Shown piece by piece: positions 11,425 to 25,340 of a DNA stretch of 64,000 nt. A program made the position numbers and the translations under genes. The notes under the pieces are model-generated. The model saw only the letters and a list, made by a program, of their open reading frames with translations. It was not told where the DNA came from and ran no database searches. The DNA is taken from positions 8,990,001 to 9,054,000 of the forward strand of contig JBHGNT010000015.1 of NCBI GenBank assembly GCA_043228905.1, in the 5' to 3' direction. This DNA comes from Azolla caroliniana. Lineage: Eukaryota > Plantae > Polypodiophyta. Every line of letters begins with the position of its first letter. Position 1 is the first letter of the stretch.

Positions 11425-14400
11425 AACACTCCATCCGTAAACGGCAAGGGAAAAGCCTCGCTTACTGTCGCCGCATTGAGTTTCCGGTAATCAACGCACA
11501 CCCGGATCTTACCGTTCTTTTTCGGCACAACGACTATGGGACTTAACCATGTAGTTTTTTTCACTGGTCGGATAAAACCAACCCGTAGCAACTTGTCAAT
11601 TCCCTCTTTGACCTTTGCCGCATAGTTGAGGTTCATCCGGTAACGCCGTTGTGTTACCGGTTTGACAATCTTGCTGAGGGGTATTTGGTGTTAGTACAAC
11701 TGAGGATCCAGCCCTCGCATGTCTTTATATGACTAGGTGAATACATCTTGGAATTCCTTTAATAAAGTGATCATTGTCTTCTTGTTGTCCGATGACATTT
11801 CCTTAGAAATATGAACCGGTCTGGCGTCATGCCCGGTACCTAAGTTCACTTACTCTAACTGGGATGCTTTCACGCATTGGGATACCTTCATCTCCCTCTC
11901 TAGAGCTTTCTGGGCTTGTCGTAATTCTCTAATAGCTTCTTGATCGGATTCCTCGACGACGTCGTCCAATTGCATTCTATATGGTGACACTGCTTCCGCC
12001 ACATTGATTTCAAATAGGGGTACAATTTTTGGGTTTTCTTGTAAGTATTGGTCGACCTCTTCATCCGCAAGCCCCTCGAGCATGTCGACACCTTCCGCAT
12101 ATAGCAGTGTCAGCTCCTTGCCGGTACTTGCTCGAGGGTGGGTAGGTACCCTTACTTTAGTCTTTTCGCGTCGGAAGGTAATCATGTTTTTTCGCCAGTT
12201 TTGTTTGATATGCGCCGTTTTTAGCCATGGGTGGCCTAGCAACAGCGGTTAAGCCCCTTGCGCATTGAGCTGCAAAACCACCGACAAAATGCGGAATGCG
12301 TGACCTCCGATAGTTACATCTAGATCCCGTATCAAACCGGTAGGTCTTACCGAACTTGTATTCGCCATCCGGAGCCAAAACGGGCAAGGCTCCCATTCCT
12401 GTATTCCCAGGGTATTACAAGTCCATAGACTGATCACGTTTACGCCCGATCCTCCATCCACAATCGTCCTTGGTAGTTCTCGTCCTTTGACGATGGTGGT
12501 GATTGCCGAACTGTTCGTGTCTACCACTGCTGGCCCTTCTTCCGGATTCGAGAAGAACGTAGGAGCCAGCAACGGAATTGATGTGCTCATTCCTGATTTC
12601 AGTCCTTCCGTAAACCGGGGCCCTAGTTGTAATAACCGACCCAATGGCAGCGTAATCTGACATTCTTATAACGCTTGCCATGTTGGGTTTTCCGATTGAA
12701 TCATGTCAATGGCCCCTTCCGGTTTCTCCTTTTGTTGTTCAAGCTCAGCCACATTTTGCTCATTTGCCTTCTTCACCCACTCGGTGGCTTGCTTTCGGAT
12801 TGCCTCTTGTGTTTCCCACTCCGTTTTGCCTTTTGCCCTGGTGGTGACTTGTTGTATGTCGGCGACTTCTACTACCACCATATTTATGGCTAGTCTTTTC
12901 TCGTAGCTTTTAACTGGACATTCATTACTGTATTGTCCTTCTTGCCGGCAATAGTAGCAGTACGCTTTCCGGGTGTTGCTAGATTCGGCGTTCGCTCTGA
13001 TACCCGGTTGAGGTTCTATTGGTGGTCGGTTGGGTGCTTGGCCTTGGTCTGGTTCGGTACTTGGCGTGCCCTTGTTCGGCTGCCAATGGCGGTCCTCCTT
13101 TCTAGCGTTCCATTTTTTGTTGAAGCATTTTTTGTTCCGGTAATCTTGTCGGGGTTGGTTGTCATAGTTACCTTGATCCTCCCTCCGTTGGTTGTAACCT
13201 GGGGAGTGATCCCGGTTATATCGCTCATATCGTTTACCGTTGTAATCCCGGTAGCTATCCTACTAGTCTCGATCGGGAGCGTCCTTTTTGTCATTGTTCT
13301 GGATATCTTGCACTGGTCGATAATGCTCATCTCGCCGCCAGTGTTCTTCTTCCTCCTCCCAGTTTCTCCGGGGTTCGATTTGCCTTACCGGTGCCGCTTG
13401 CCAGTTCAATAAGTTATATTCGCGTCGGTCCATTGTGTGCGTCCTGGAATGGCATAACATGCACTATGTCCGCATGGTACATTCTATTGTCGAGTGCCCG
13501 GCATTAAGACAAGTCGTACATTGTATCGCTTGCCGAAAACGTAAGTCGTCCTCTGTCGGCAATGTACGCTTGAGTGCCCCCATTGTTATCCACGAGCTTG
13601 TTTTCTCCATCTCCCTGACCCTTTCTATGACTTGGTCGATCATGCTGCTGCGGAAATCAATCACTGCGCACACCGTACGCAGGAGTTCCCGGAGTGCTGC
13701 TAGGAATATTGTTTTAGCCTTTGCCTCTGGTGGTGCCCGATTGTGCTGACTATGCATTCGCTGGAATCGGATTACGAATTGCTGAATGGTTTCCGTAGGT
13801 TCCTGCCATATGGTGTAGAATAGGCCAACCATCTCCCGTTGATCTACCTCCTTGTTGAAGAACTGTAAAATTTTGGTTTTTAAGTCTTCAAACGTCGTGA
13901 TGGTGCTGGGAGTGTGCGTCAAGCTCCATCGTGATGCTGGTCCTTCGAAGGTCATGCCGAACTCTGCCATCTTCGAGCATTCTGCTTCGGCGGCGGTCAA
14001 GCATTGCGACACGTGGTTTGCTTCTCATGTTTGCAGAAATGCATAGATATGAGGTTCTGCGTCGGGATCATCCTGGTACTTGGGATATTGGAACGACATG
14101 TCGTTGTCTGGTGTCGGAGGTCTCCCCTCCGCTTCTTTCAGTGTTAGCGGTCTTTCCTCCTCTTCTTTCGGTGTCTTAAGTGGCGGTGTCAGAAGTTGGT
14201 CCGCCACTTGCCAGTCTGGAGCTTCCAGTTCCGTTAACTCTGGATTTGGTGTTGGCAAGGTATACGACTGCTCGTCCGTTGGTCCGTCTGGGGTATCATG
14301 GCTGCTATGGTAATTTGAATGGGCGCTGCATTCGGTGTCTGAATCCGATTCGAAGGCCGAGAATGGTTCCGAATCGCCTTCCCCTGTCACTAGTGCCTAC

Positions 14401-15134
14401 AGAATGGATTCCGCGTCCCGGAGACTGCTCAAGCTGCTTCCTTCGTCTGGTTGGGAATTCTGCTGCTCGTGGAGTGACTCTGCGGCCACTCACCGGATTA
14501 CTTTTGAAAATGACCAATCCGCACGGATCTCTTCTGCCGCCTGTTGGGAAGTCTCTCGCTTTCGCAATCCTTCGGCAAGTCTTTTTGCTCACTCCGTGAC
14601 CGGGTCGTTTGTTGGTCTAGTCATCCATGCCCGCCGCTGTTCGCTGCGTTTGTGCAGGAATCGTGGTCACCAAAAACTGTGTTATCGCTAGGGTCGGACA
14701 ATGGCCTAAAAACAAGGTGTCCCCTTGAGGCACTTCACCAAAGGGTGTTGCGGTGAGATAGAGTTAGACCGACTATTAATAGAACCCTAATTGGTTAGTA
14801 GCGGCAATATCATTAGTCACAATACACGCGTAGGATAAATTACACTTAGCACAGAACAGTAATTAACAATGATTAAGATACAGAACAACAACACTCTATT
14901 AATTATCCGCTAATGATTACAATCTAATTGGGCCCTTTTTATAGGTCTCCGGTTTTAGGTACAAACCGGTTCCAACCGGCAACCGGCTACGAACCGGTCG
15001 GGATCCGGATCGGCATACCGATTTCGTGTCTGTCCGTTCGCTTCTCAATTCATAATAATTCTATATAATCAGCTCCCGGTTATTAATTATCCCCTCGTTT
15101 CCCATTCTGGACTACCCTTGCCGGTCGGCTAACA
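11425..15134 (-). mobile_element. 5' half of Ty3/Gypsy element C (Athila/Tat-like non-chromovirus), interrupted in RT by Copia A
   Basis: Probable LTR 14746-15134 (minus strand TGTTAGCCG...CCGCAACA). Degenerate gag with CTTCLNAGHSTIEC, protease IVDGGSGVNVI, RT start WLSPIVVVPKKNGKIRVCVDYRKLN. Confidence 0.85.
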
Positions 15135-16388
15135 AGTTGGCTGAAACGGCTATTACGGGATCTACATGTAAAGGTGTCTGATCCGACGACGATCTATTGT
15201 GACAACCTCAACAGTATCCACCTTGCGAAAAACCCCGTGTTCCACGCCTAGACGAAGCACATTGAGGTGCGCTACCATTTTGTCCGCGAGCAGGTCCTTT
15301 GAGGTGAAGTCGAACTAGCGTATGTTCTGACGGATCGGTAGGTTGCCGACATCTTCACCAAGCCTCTTGGTCTTGACAAGTTACGACATTTCTCAGGTGA
15401 GCTAGGGTTGCGTCACCTCGACATGCTGAACTTGAGGGGGAGAAAGGAAGAACATGAACAAGAGCGTGAAAGGAGCGGAGGTGGTGATCGGGGCGGAAGT
15501 GACAATGACGCAGAATCAGAAGAAGAATTCAATTTTGGGGTGGCTGAAGAAGCCGAAGAAAAGAGCAAGGGCAATAACCATTGGGAAGAGCCAAGGATAG
15601 CCAAATTAGGGGGAGATACAACTAAGAAGGGTGTAAAGGCCAAGAAGTGTGGTCCGATGTAGGCCTAAAGATAGGAGACGAATTGGAGACAACCAATTCG
15701 GATGAGAGCGGAATTGAATCAGAAGTGTTCGATTCGATCAGAATGTTCGATTCGGATACGCCAAATCAACTAAAGGCCATGCGGAAAAAAGGGCAGTGAA
15801 GGACGCGCCGACACCGCGACAACAAGGGAGCTAAGAAAGGTTGAACGAGCAGACAAGTCGACCGGAGGGTCGTAGCGTGCGAAATCGAACGGGTCAAGGA
15901 GCGCGAGCGAGGCGTGAAGCCAGAAGGAACCGGAGCATAGATCCGGAAGAGCAGACGGAACCTCAAGTTGAGCTTGAGGGGGAGTGTTGAGTGACAAACT
16001 TAACATTGGGTGCGTAATACGGTGCGTAACTCAATCCGTAGATTGGGTGCGTAAAACAATACACATAACGTGGTCGTATCGGTGCATAAACCGAAAGGCC
16101 GTTAGTTATTCCTCGTAAGGAATAATTTTGGGAGTTATTGTAGTAGGCTCATTTATGAGCAGTCAAGTACTATCAGTACTTGTGTCAGCCTGACAGTCAG
16201 CGCTTGTATAAAAGGTGCTCACTCAGCATGAACAATGTACAGAGCGTCATTATTTTGAAATAGAACTGAGTTGTCTGCTCTCTCTCTGTCTCTCCATCTC
16301 CATCTCCATGTCTGTGTTTTCTGAGTTTACCGAACTGTTTTATTTCTGAACTGTGTACTCTGTGTTTACGCACACGTTTTCTTTTACA
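15135..16388 (+). mobile_element. 3' end of Copia D: RNase H, C-terminal tail, PPT, 3' LTR (15985-16388)
   Basis: WLKRLL..IYCDN..AKNPVFH..KHIEV..ADIFTKPL. PPT GAGGGGGAG before TGTTGAG, LTR ends TTTTACA. Confidence 0.9.
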
Positions 16389-17936
16389 AGTTGCAACACT
16401 TCTCAAATATGCTTGGTATCCAACACCTCGATATGCCGCACTTGAGGGGGAGAGCATCTGATAAGCCAGAGAAAGAATTGAGATAACCAACCGAAGGAGA
16501 TGCAAAATCAATTGAAGACGTTGAAATGTCCGGAAAAGCCGGAATAGGCGGTAGAGTCAAGAAGGACAGAGCCAACCAAAGGAAAAAGCCCAAGACCAAG
16601 ACATGGTCGGATTTAGTCAAGGGCCTAAAGAAGGATGATGAATTGGAGACAACCAATTTGGACAAGAGCGGGAACGAATCAGAGACAACAGAGGGTTGAT
16701 TCGGATGAGTCGAATTTCATGAAGACCAAGGTTGTTAGGTACATTAGGTACGGTATGGATACAATATGTATTTAACGTATTAATACCCGTATAGTACCTC
16801 CCAATTTAAAAATACGTTAAATACGTTTTCTTAATATGTTAAATACTTATAAAATACGTATTTTACGTATAGTACGTTAAATACTTCTAGAATTTGAAAA
16901 TTATTTACCTTTCTAAAAAATATCTATAATATTGTAAAAAAACATCTATGTTTACACAATTTTGTGATGTACAATATAGTTCTACATCCTAAAATGCATA
17001 TAAGACATTTGAACATTTCACATTCTAAAATACTTGTAGTAATATGGATGTCGATATTCCCTTATTCTATAAATCAGTGTAAGTGTGTATCACGATGTTC
17101 TACTTCAAATTGTAATTATTTACAATTATGCCTTCATAGATTGAGGAATCGTCTACAATTATCACACTCATGATAGGTTTCTCTTTTCTTCGTTTTCTTC
17201 TTCTTCTTCTTCTATCTATTGCAATTATCACACTTAGGATAGGTTTATGTCTTCTTTTCTCCCTTCTTCCTCTTCTTCTTCATCTTCTTCATCTTCTTCA
17301 TCGTTGTCTCTTCTATTCTTCTTTCTTCCTTCCTTTGGCTTCTTTTTCACTAAAATCTTTTTTTTCTTTTGCTTTTTGTTAGGGTTTTACTGACATTTTC
17401 TTTAAAAATACGTATTATACCTGTTTTTTTTATAAATACGTTAAATACCGTATTGGACAAATGTACATGATATTTGACTAAACAACATTGAGCTATAGTA
17501 TGTACTATACAAATGATGAGGTACTATACGTATTTAAACGTTAAATACGGGTACAAAAACCACCATGATGAAGACCAAATGGACTGGGAGGCAACCAAAG
17601 CTGACACAAACGAAGGAGTAGACGGGTCGAGGGGCGCCAATGACGTGACAATGAGGGAGCTGAGAAGGGCTTGATGAGTAGACAAGATGATCGAGGAGGT
17701 CGATGTGCGTCAGTACTTTTGACCATCCTTTATGGACTTGTATAAAAGTGCTTACTGAGCACATTTGCATGTATAGAGTGTTATTTTGAAATCGAGTTTT
17801 TCTATGTTTTGCCCGCTCTGTCTCTCCTAAGTACTCTGTATTCTCTATGTGTTCTCCATTGATGCTCTAAGTTTTCTATTGTTGTCCAGTTGAGCCGGTT
17901 GTGTTTGTTTTTAGCTTTGACGTGTTAATCTTCACA
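16389..17936 (+). mobile_element. 3' end of Copia E with a partly deleted LTR, interrupted by a hAT-like element
   Basis: LQHFSNMLGIQHLDMPHLRG plus tail. LTR remnant about 17710-17936, ending TTCACA; the PPT and LTR start are deleted. Confidence 0.8.
16727..17567. mobile_element. Non-autonomous hAT-like DNA transposon (MITE)
   Basis: Perfect 8-bp TSD ATGAAGAC (16719-16726, 17568-17575). Imperfect TIRs CAAGGTTGTT / CATGGTGGTT and an inverted subterminal block GTATTTAACGT...GTATAGTACCTC. AT-rich and non-coding. Confidence 0.85.
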
Positions 17937-20900
17937 AAGGAAAAAGAGAACCCACCAAGAAAGATTTAAAGTGCATGTGCATGCCCTGAGTTCAAGAAAG
18001 TAAGTACAGGATAATTCTCGACGAGTGGCATTAACACCACCTGATGGCCATGAGGATTCTGAATCTAGGGCACATGAACACGTATCGGGAAACGTAATAT
18101 CTACAAAAACTGCTTCCGTAGTGTCACAAATTCATTTTGCGTGAAGAACAAACCATAGAAGCACAGACTTTCCAAGCTCTCCACCAGAACTCTTCACCCT
18201 CTCGCTCTCTGCACATAAGCACTCCGCCTCCACAACCCCCCAGTACAGACGAAGTAATCACCATGCCTATCAGAGTTTCTTTTGAGCGCCGCACCTAGCT
18301 GAAAAGACACGACCTTAGTGGCTATCTCAAAGTGGTGGATGTGTCTCCCCATTCTGAAGCGTAGGATATTGGCCCGCAGATCCATGTTGAAAACCTCACC
18401 AATGACTATGTTTAGGTAACTCTTGGGCTGAAAAATGGAGGCTATCACAACATGGAGGTCCCACCTCCAAAAGTCTTGAAATCCTATTTCGGGAAATACT
18501 CCTCCTCAGCTAAAGCCTATTGTATGTAGGGAGAACCAGACGAGTTCCACCCGACCACCTACACTATGTCAAAGAAGAAGGCTAACTTCATCATCACGAA
18601 TCGATTGGGGCTCCATGACAAGAGAAGCACTCAACATAGAAATCTCTGAGCGGGTAAGAAACTGTTCCCCGCAGTGGCTCAATATTTCTCCATGCTCTAC
18701 CCACCACACCACGCCCTCTCCCCTAGGAAACTTCCTGCCCTACTTGCACTGCCCACTCACACCAAATGACAATAGGCCCTGCAATTTACATAAGAAGAAT
18801 GGCATGACCCGATCCATGTGGCAACCCAAGGAGCATAGACTCTGTTTCCACACGCCCTTATGCCATGTTAAGTGAACAAGCTCAACTAGATCAGGATCGG
18901 TGTTCAAATAGCATCCGGAACCTAGAGTTGGATTAGGGATTGGAGAGTCGTATCGGATTGTAACCAATAGGCCATTGGAGGCCTACGAATCTATCCTAGT
19001 ACGTAGGCATATTTTTGGGAGTCAGTGGCAGTCGCTCGTATGAGGATTGAAGTACTTGTTAGTACTTCTGTCTTGATCCTTTTAAGGATTTATATAAAAG
19101 TGCTCACTAAGAATATAGTATTATTATTATCTAATTGAGTTCTATTCTACTCTAACTCTGTCTCTCCCATGTAAGGTTTCCATTAAACCTGTGACTGTAT
19201 TCTGTTGACATCCGGATGAGCCGGTTTTGTCTTAGCTTCTGCAATCGTGTTCTTTTACATGGGATTAGAGTGCGAAGGTTGAGAACCTCTATAGTCGACA
19301 AGCGTTTCTGAAGACAAACCCTAACACTTGGTAAAGAACAAACAGAAGAAGGATATGGATCGAGGAATGGCTAGCTCGCTCCCGACGGAGAAGCTCGACA
19401 GATCTAACTATGCATCTTGGTTGTACAAGATGCACCAGTACATGCTTGGGCATGGGTTACTGGAGTTATGTCGTAGAGCCAACAATACGACACCTCATGC
19501 GGTACACAGGGCCTTCCTGGACTTGGGAACAAGATACAAGCATAGTTATGTACTGCTTTGCATCCAGTGTTGGTGATCAACTGTTGAGCCATATCTAGGA
19601 TGCCAAGATGCTGAAGGAAGTTTGGGGAAACCTGAAGAAGGTCTTCACCGCAACCACCATGGCCCGGAAGCTGCAACTCCGATAGGAGTTGAGCAATGTC
19701 CAACACGAGGACATGTCGGTGGCCGACTATACGGCCCAGATCAAAGACATCTGCGACTCACTTGCCTCTATCAAGGTAACCATCAAGGAAGATGAGATGG
19801 TGCAGGTTTGTCTCAAGGGCTTGGCGTCAAAGTTCGGAGCATTCCGGACCACGGTCTGTACAAGGGAGAATACACCCTCGTTTTTTTACTTACAATCGAT
19901 GCTCCTAGTAGAGGAGAACCACGCAGGTGCGTCAACGAGTACACACAGTAACAACAAGATGTTGTACATGGAGGAGGATCAATACGCGTTGGAAGCGGCC
20001 AACAAGAGAAAAATCGGAGGCACAAGGACGGTGCCGACAATAGTTCCGAACCCTCCAAAAGTAGGGGTAGTCAGGGTGGTTCCGGGAGTCGGCGAGAGAA
20101 GACCGTGATGGACTGTTGGTACTGTGGCCGGAAGGGCCACAAAGAGAGCAAGTGCTGGAAGAAGCGCGCTGATTCGGACCAATCTGGATCAGTCAAGGTC
20201 GGTCGAGGAAGTCGGCAAAGCTCACAGTATGCTGAGAAATCTGAAAACTCCACTTCCGGAATTGCAACAAACCCAGCCTTTGTAATGAAACACAAGGCTA
20301 ACTCGATAAAGAAGATCACTTCTAGTTCGAAGGAAGTGTGGTATGTTGACTCCAGAGAATCAAACCATATGACGAGCCACGAAGAATGGTTCTCATTCGT
20401 GGAAAAACCGGAGCAACCAGGAGTTGTCGAAACCGGAGGTGACACTCACTCCTCATACCATCGACCACATCAGTGAGGTTCCTCTTAGCCATGTCAAGTA
20501 GAAGGGAGAGCTGATGAACATCCTGCACGTCTCGATAATCACAAAGAATCTCGCGTCTGTTGGACAAATTGTCGATCAAGGGATGCAGATTCGGTTCACG
20601 CACCTTGGGTGCTTCATCGAAGAAGAGGGCAAAGTTATCGCGCAAGGGCACCAAGACAGGATGATGTTTATCCTTGAAACGAATGATGTGGGGCACCGCT
20701 ATCTTTACGAAAGGACAGAAGGTCGAGTCGGACATAGACTTGTGGCACAAGCGGATCGGCCACATCAATTTCCGGAAGCTTCAAGAGATTTAGGCGAAAC
20801 ACGTGATTTCCAAACTGCCGAAGTTCAATGGCCAAAAAGGTCAAATATGTGAAGCTTGCCAACTCGGGAAGTAGTAGAGGCTTGCCTTCTCCAATGAGAA

Positions 20901-23900
20901 GAATCAGATCTGGAATCGGCTTGATCTCATCCATTCAGATATCATGTGCGGACTGGCACAAAAGTGACCATTGATGGGAGTTGGTATTTCGTCTCCTTCA
21001 CGAGCTATCTACAGACGAAGGGAATCCAATGGGAATTCTCTTTTAGATACACACCAGAGTAGAATGGCGTGGCCAAGTGTCAGAACAGGATGCTGTTAGA
21101 AGCGGCAAGGGTGATGCTTGAGGAGAAAAGCATGCCCAAATTTTATTGGCCAAAGCCATTCGTACAACCGTCTACATCCAGAATTGGATATCGGCCTCAG
21201 GGACAAAGATGTTGCCACACAAGCTATACTACGAGAGAAAGCCAAATTTAACACACCTTTGGGTGTTCGGTAACATTGAATATGTGCATGTACCGAAAGA
21301 AAAATGGAGGAAGTTAGACGCGAAAGATGAAAGTGCATTCTCGTCGGTTACTCAAATGAACAGAAGGGTTATAAGTGTTATAACCCCTGATCGAAAGCGG
21401 TCCGAGTTAGCCGAGATCTCGCTTTTGATGAATCGGCATCCTGGTACTTCTCTCCACTCGAACCCGAGCCGATTGTTGTTGATGATTCAGTGGAATCCGG
21501 AACAAAGAGAAGCATCGCGGAATTTGAACGGTCGGATAGTCCGATTTCTCTCCAGATGAGTGGTCTGAATCCGAACTGGTTGAGCCAGAGTGGTCAACCA
21601 AATGATGAGCGACGAGTAGCGAAGACTAGGCCGTGCTATCTCTGCGCAAGGAATTGAGGAGATGGTTCACGCACAAAGAGAAGGGGAATAAGAATATGTC
21701 CGTCAACAGGTACAAGGCCCGATTAGTAGGCAAAGGCTACATGCAGCAGCATGGCATCAACTACGTTGAGACGTTCGCACCGGTGACGAAGATGACGACC
21801 GTCTATGTCTTGCTTGCAGTGGTAGCGGCGAAGGGGTGGCATCTACATCAAGTGGATGTGAAAAACGCGTTCCTGCAAGGTGATCTTGAGGAACATGAAG
21901 GATCTTGGGAACCTTCATTACTCCCTCAGGATCAAAGTGATCTGCACCTAGGAAGGCCTACTGATCAATCAATGCCATTATGTGTTGAGTATGCTCTTCA
22001 AATTCAGTATGACGGAATGAAAATTAGTCTTGACTCCTGTGGACCGAAATGTGAAACTTTGCCCCGACTCCGGAATGGCATGCTACCCGAAAAGGTTTCG
22101 AGAGATACTTGGAAGCCTTATCTATCTGACCATCACCCGATCGGACCTTAGTTATCCGGTCGGATTGATTGGTCAATTCATGGCACATTTGACTGTGGAG
22201 TAGCTTCAATGTGCACACCGAATACTCAAGTATGTTAGCGACATTAAGGACATGGGGTTGTTGTATCGGATCAGTGTAATCAGACAGCTTGTCAGCTACA
22301 CGGATGCCAATTGGGCTGGAAATGTCAGCGACCGCAGGTCTATATCTGGATATGTGTTTTCACTTGGAAGCATCATGGTTGCCTTGAGCAATAAGAAGCA
22401 GCCGTAAGTAGCACTGTTGAGCACCAAGGCTGAGTACCGAGGAGCGGTTGTTGCGACATGCGAAGCCATATTTCTCAAGAGGCTCTTGAAAGATCTGTGA
22501 GTGGAGGTGTCTGATCCGACGATGATCTATTGCTACAACCTCAACAACATCCAGTTGGCAAAGAACCCCGTCTTTCACACCCAGACTAAGCACATCGAGG
22601 TGCACTATCATTTTGTCTAAGAGCATGTTTTCTCCGGTGAAGTGGAACTGTTGCATGTTCCGACGGATCTACAAGTGGCCAATACCTTCACCAAACCCCT
22701 CAGCTTAGACAAGTTGCCCAACTTGAGGGGAAGGAATAAGAAAGACGACCGAAAAACTGAGTCAGAAACCGATTTCAACTTCGGCCTGACCGAGGAAGTC
22801 GGAGTGCATGGGTCGGCCGAGAAAGCTAAGACCAAATGCAACGGGTGCCGTGACGGGAACGGAGAGCCTAAGCCATATACAACCCAAGGAGGGGGACACA
22901 AGAAGGAAAAACAAGTCGAGTCGACTACAGAAGTCGGCACATCCGATAAAGTCAGAACAAGCGGCGATGGCAGGAGAGTCAAGAAAGACAGAGCCGACTG
23001 GAACAAGAAAGCCAAGAACCGGGCGTGGTTTGATGAGGTGAAGGGCCTGAAGGTTGAAGACGAATTGGAGACAGTCAATTCGGACAAGGGTTGGAATGAA
23101 TCGGAGGTAGCCGATTCGGAAGAGGAGTTTGGTTCGGAAGAGATGGATCAATTGGAGGCCAAATGGACAAGAAGGCAGCGGAAGTCGCCACTGACATGGA
23201 GGAACCGGCAGGTCGAGAATCGTCGAAGTCACAACAACAAAGGAGCTGAGAAGGGCCGTATGAGCAGTCAGGCCGAACAAGAAGGTCGAGGTGCTCTAGA
23301 CCGGATGGGTCATGGGACATGGAACTAGATGGGTCGAGGAGCGCGAGAAAGGCAGGAAGACACCAAGAGGAGCCAAAGAGAAAGATCGGCAGACACTAAC
23401 ACCGAGACAATGATCCGACCTCAAGTTGAGCTTAAGGGGGAGTGTTGAGCGAACAAGATCAACCGGATCCGGATCGGGGATCAGAGAGCTGAATCGGATT
23501 GTAACCAGTAGGCCGTTGGAGGCCTACAAATCTAGCCTAGTATGTAGGCATATTTTTGGGAGTTGGTGTCAGTCATTCGTATGAGCATTAAAGTGCTTGT
23601 CAGTACATCTATCAGCCCTTTTAAGGACTTATATTAAACTGCTCACTGAGCACATTGTATATAAGCACTTCTATAAAAGTTCTCATTGAGCACATTGTAT
23701 ATACACAAAGTATTATTATTTTTTAATTGAGTTCTATTCTGCTCTAACTTTGTCTCTCCCGTGTAAGGTTTCCATTAAACCTGTGATTGTATTCTTTTGA
23801 CATCCGGTCGAGCCAGGTTTGTCTTAGCTTCTGCAATCATATTCTTTTACATGCTAGAACAAGCGACTCAACAGCATGAGTCATTCGTAGTTGCCGCCCA

Positions 23901-25340
23901 ACAGTCGGTACATGGCACCGACGAAGACTTCACCATCTGAGGGCGCAGCACACCTAGGCCTGAGGTTGTGGCTACCAAGCGCAATCACCTAACGACAAAG
24001 CATCATTGAGATATATAAAGGACGAGACCCAACATGTCCGAGAGGAGACAAAGAAACGACTTCACGATGACACAAGGGCCAATGAGGACTCGACCGTCGA
24101 ACTCAGCCACTCCAAGAAGTGTCGTTGATTGCAACAACACAGTGAGTCGAAAGAACGGCTTAGCCTCACTGGCGATGACCTGCAACTAATAGTCGCACCG
24201 ACAAGTCAATGGCCATCATTCCGGATACGACCCTATTTCTGATAGGGAAAATGTAGGAGGGCCAGGCATCTCGTATCTCGAAGGATACGGTGATGACCTT
24301 CCCCGATATCCCAATGGAGACCTTCGATCTCGGGGCCATATTATGCCACGACACTTCTTTCGAGCTCATCGATTGCCTCGCTCGAGTAGAGGCCACGACA
24401 CACATGGCGGAGGAACACGCCAACAAGGTCATCATCTAGAGAGCTATGGCTGACGAGATTGAAGCAGAAGAAGATTGGGAGATTGGGAGGTAAGGGATAT
24501 CCTTCGGCGGAGGACGTAATGCCAAAGAAGTCTAAGCACCCAGAGATGTTAACTACGTTGGAGGAATGGCAAGACGCTCCGGGATCATAGGCGGGCCCAA
24601 AGCAACATCGGGGAACAAAGGGCGTGGAGAAGGACAGATGGGCCTAAACCATAGAAGTAGAACCGTGGACGGAATTGGCCAAAGCCGCAAGAAAACTCGC
24701 ACCCACGGCACGATCGGAACTGACGAAAGAACAAACGGTTGGTGAAACAGGAACCCTAACGAACAAACAGGACAAACGGCTAGCGAAGGTATCGATGGAC
24801 AAAGAGTAAGCTAAAGAAGGCAACACAATTGCTCGTCCGAATGGAAAGAAGGATAAGGCCACCAAAGTAGCACCAATTCAATAGAAGAAAGTGGCCATTG
24901 TGGTGATGTCCACCGAGGAGACGATCGCACGAATCTTAGTGAACCAGTTGACCCAGGAGTTAATTCTGAAAGGCCAAGCTTCTCAGATTTCGGTGGAAGC
25001 CATCCTCACATACCCGGACATACCTGACACGGCACATGAGTTCACCACAATTCTACAGTTTGGTAGTAGCCATCAAATAGTGGAGTGGCTTGGCTACCCG
25101 AACAAATTAGTGGCATCTCGCATGGCGGCCAAACTCCAAGAACAAGAGATGATCTGACACACTATTATGCCCAAGATGAAGTCAAACAAGCCAGGTAAGA
25201 TAGCAGTCGACTAAGTGTGAATGCCAACACTCAATCTAGTGTTAGCCGAAATACACAAAGAGTTCACCACAGTGACACAGGTGGCCAAGGACATGGCGGA
25301 ATGAGTTGCTCTTACAACTCGGAGGAACAACTCCAAATTT
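17937..25340 (+). other. Unassigned degenerate coding-like sequence (17937-18865 and 23852-25340) split by Copia F
   Basis: Coding-like composition with stop-interrupted charged frames (e.g. 24891-25157). No gag or pol motif recognised. Confidence 0.35.
18866..23851 (+). mobile_element. Copia F with both LTRs, heavily decayed and internally deleted
   Basis: LTRs 18866-19259 and 23443-23851. TSD TGCCA/TGCTA (4/5). Degenerate iMet PBS at 19260. Gag MDRGMASSLPTEKL at 19355, PR, INT, RT and RH remnants, tail ORF 22642-23328. Confidence 0.92.

Noticed and set aside
17170-17382. Leu/Phe-rich membrane-like ORF, possible env or small protein
   Set aside because: It derives from a (CTT)n-rich tract inside the MITE.
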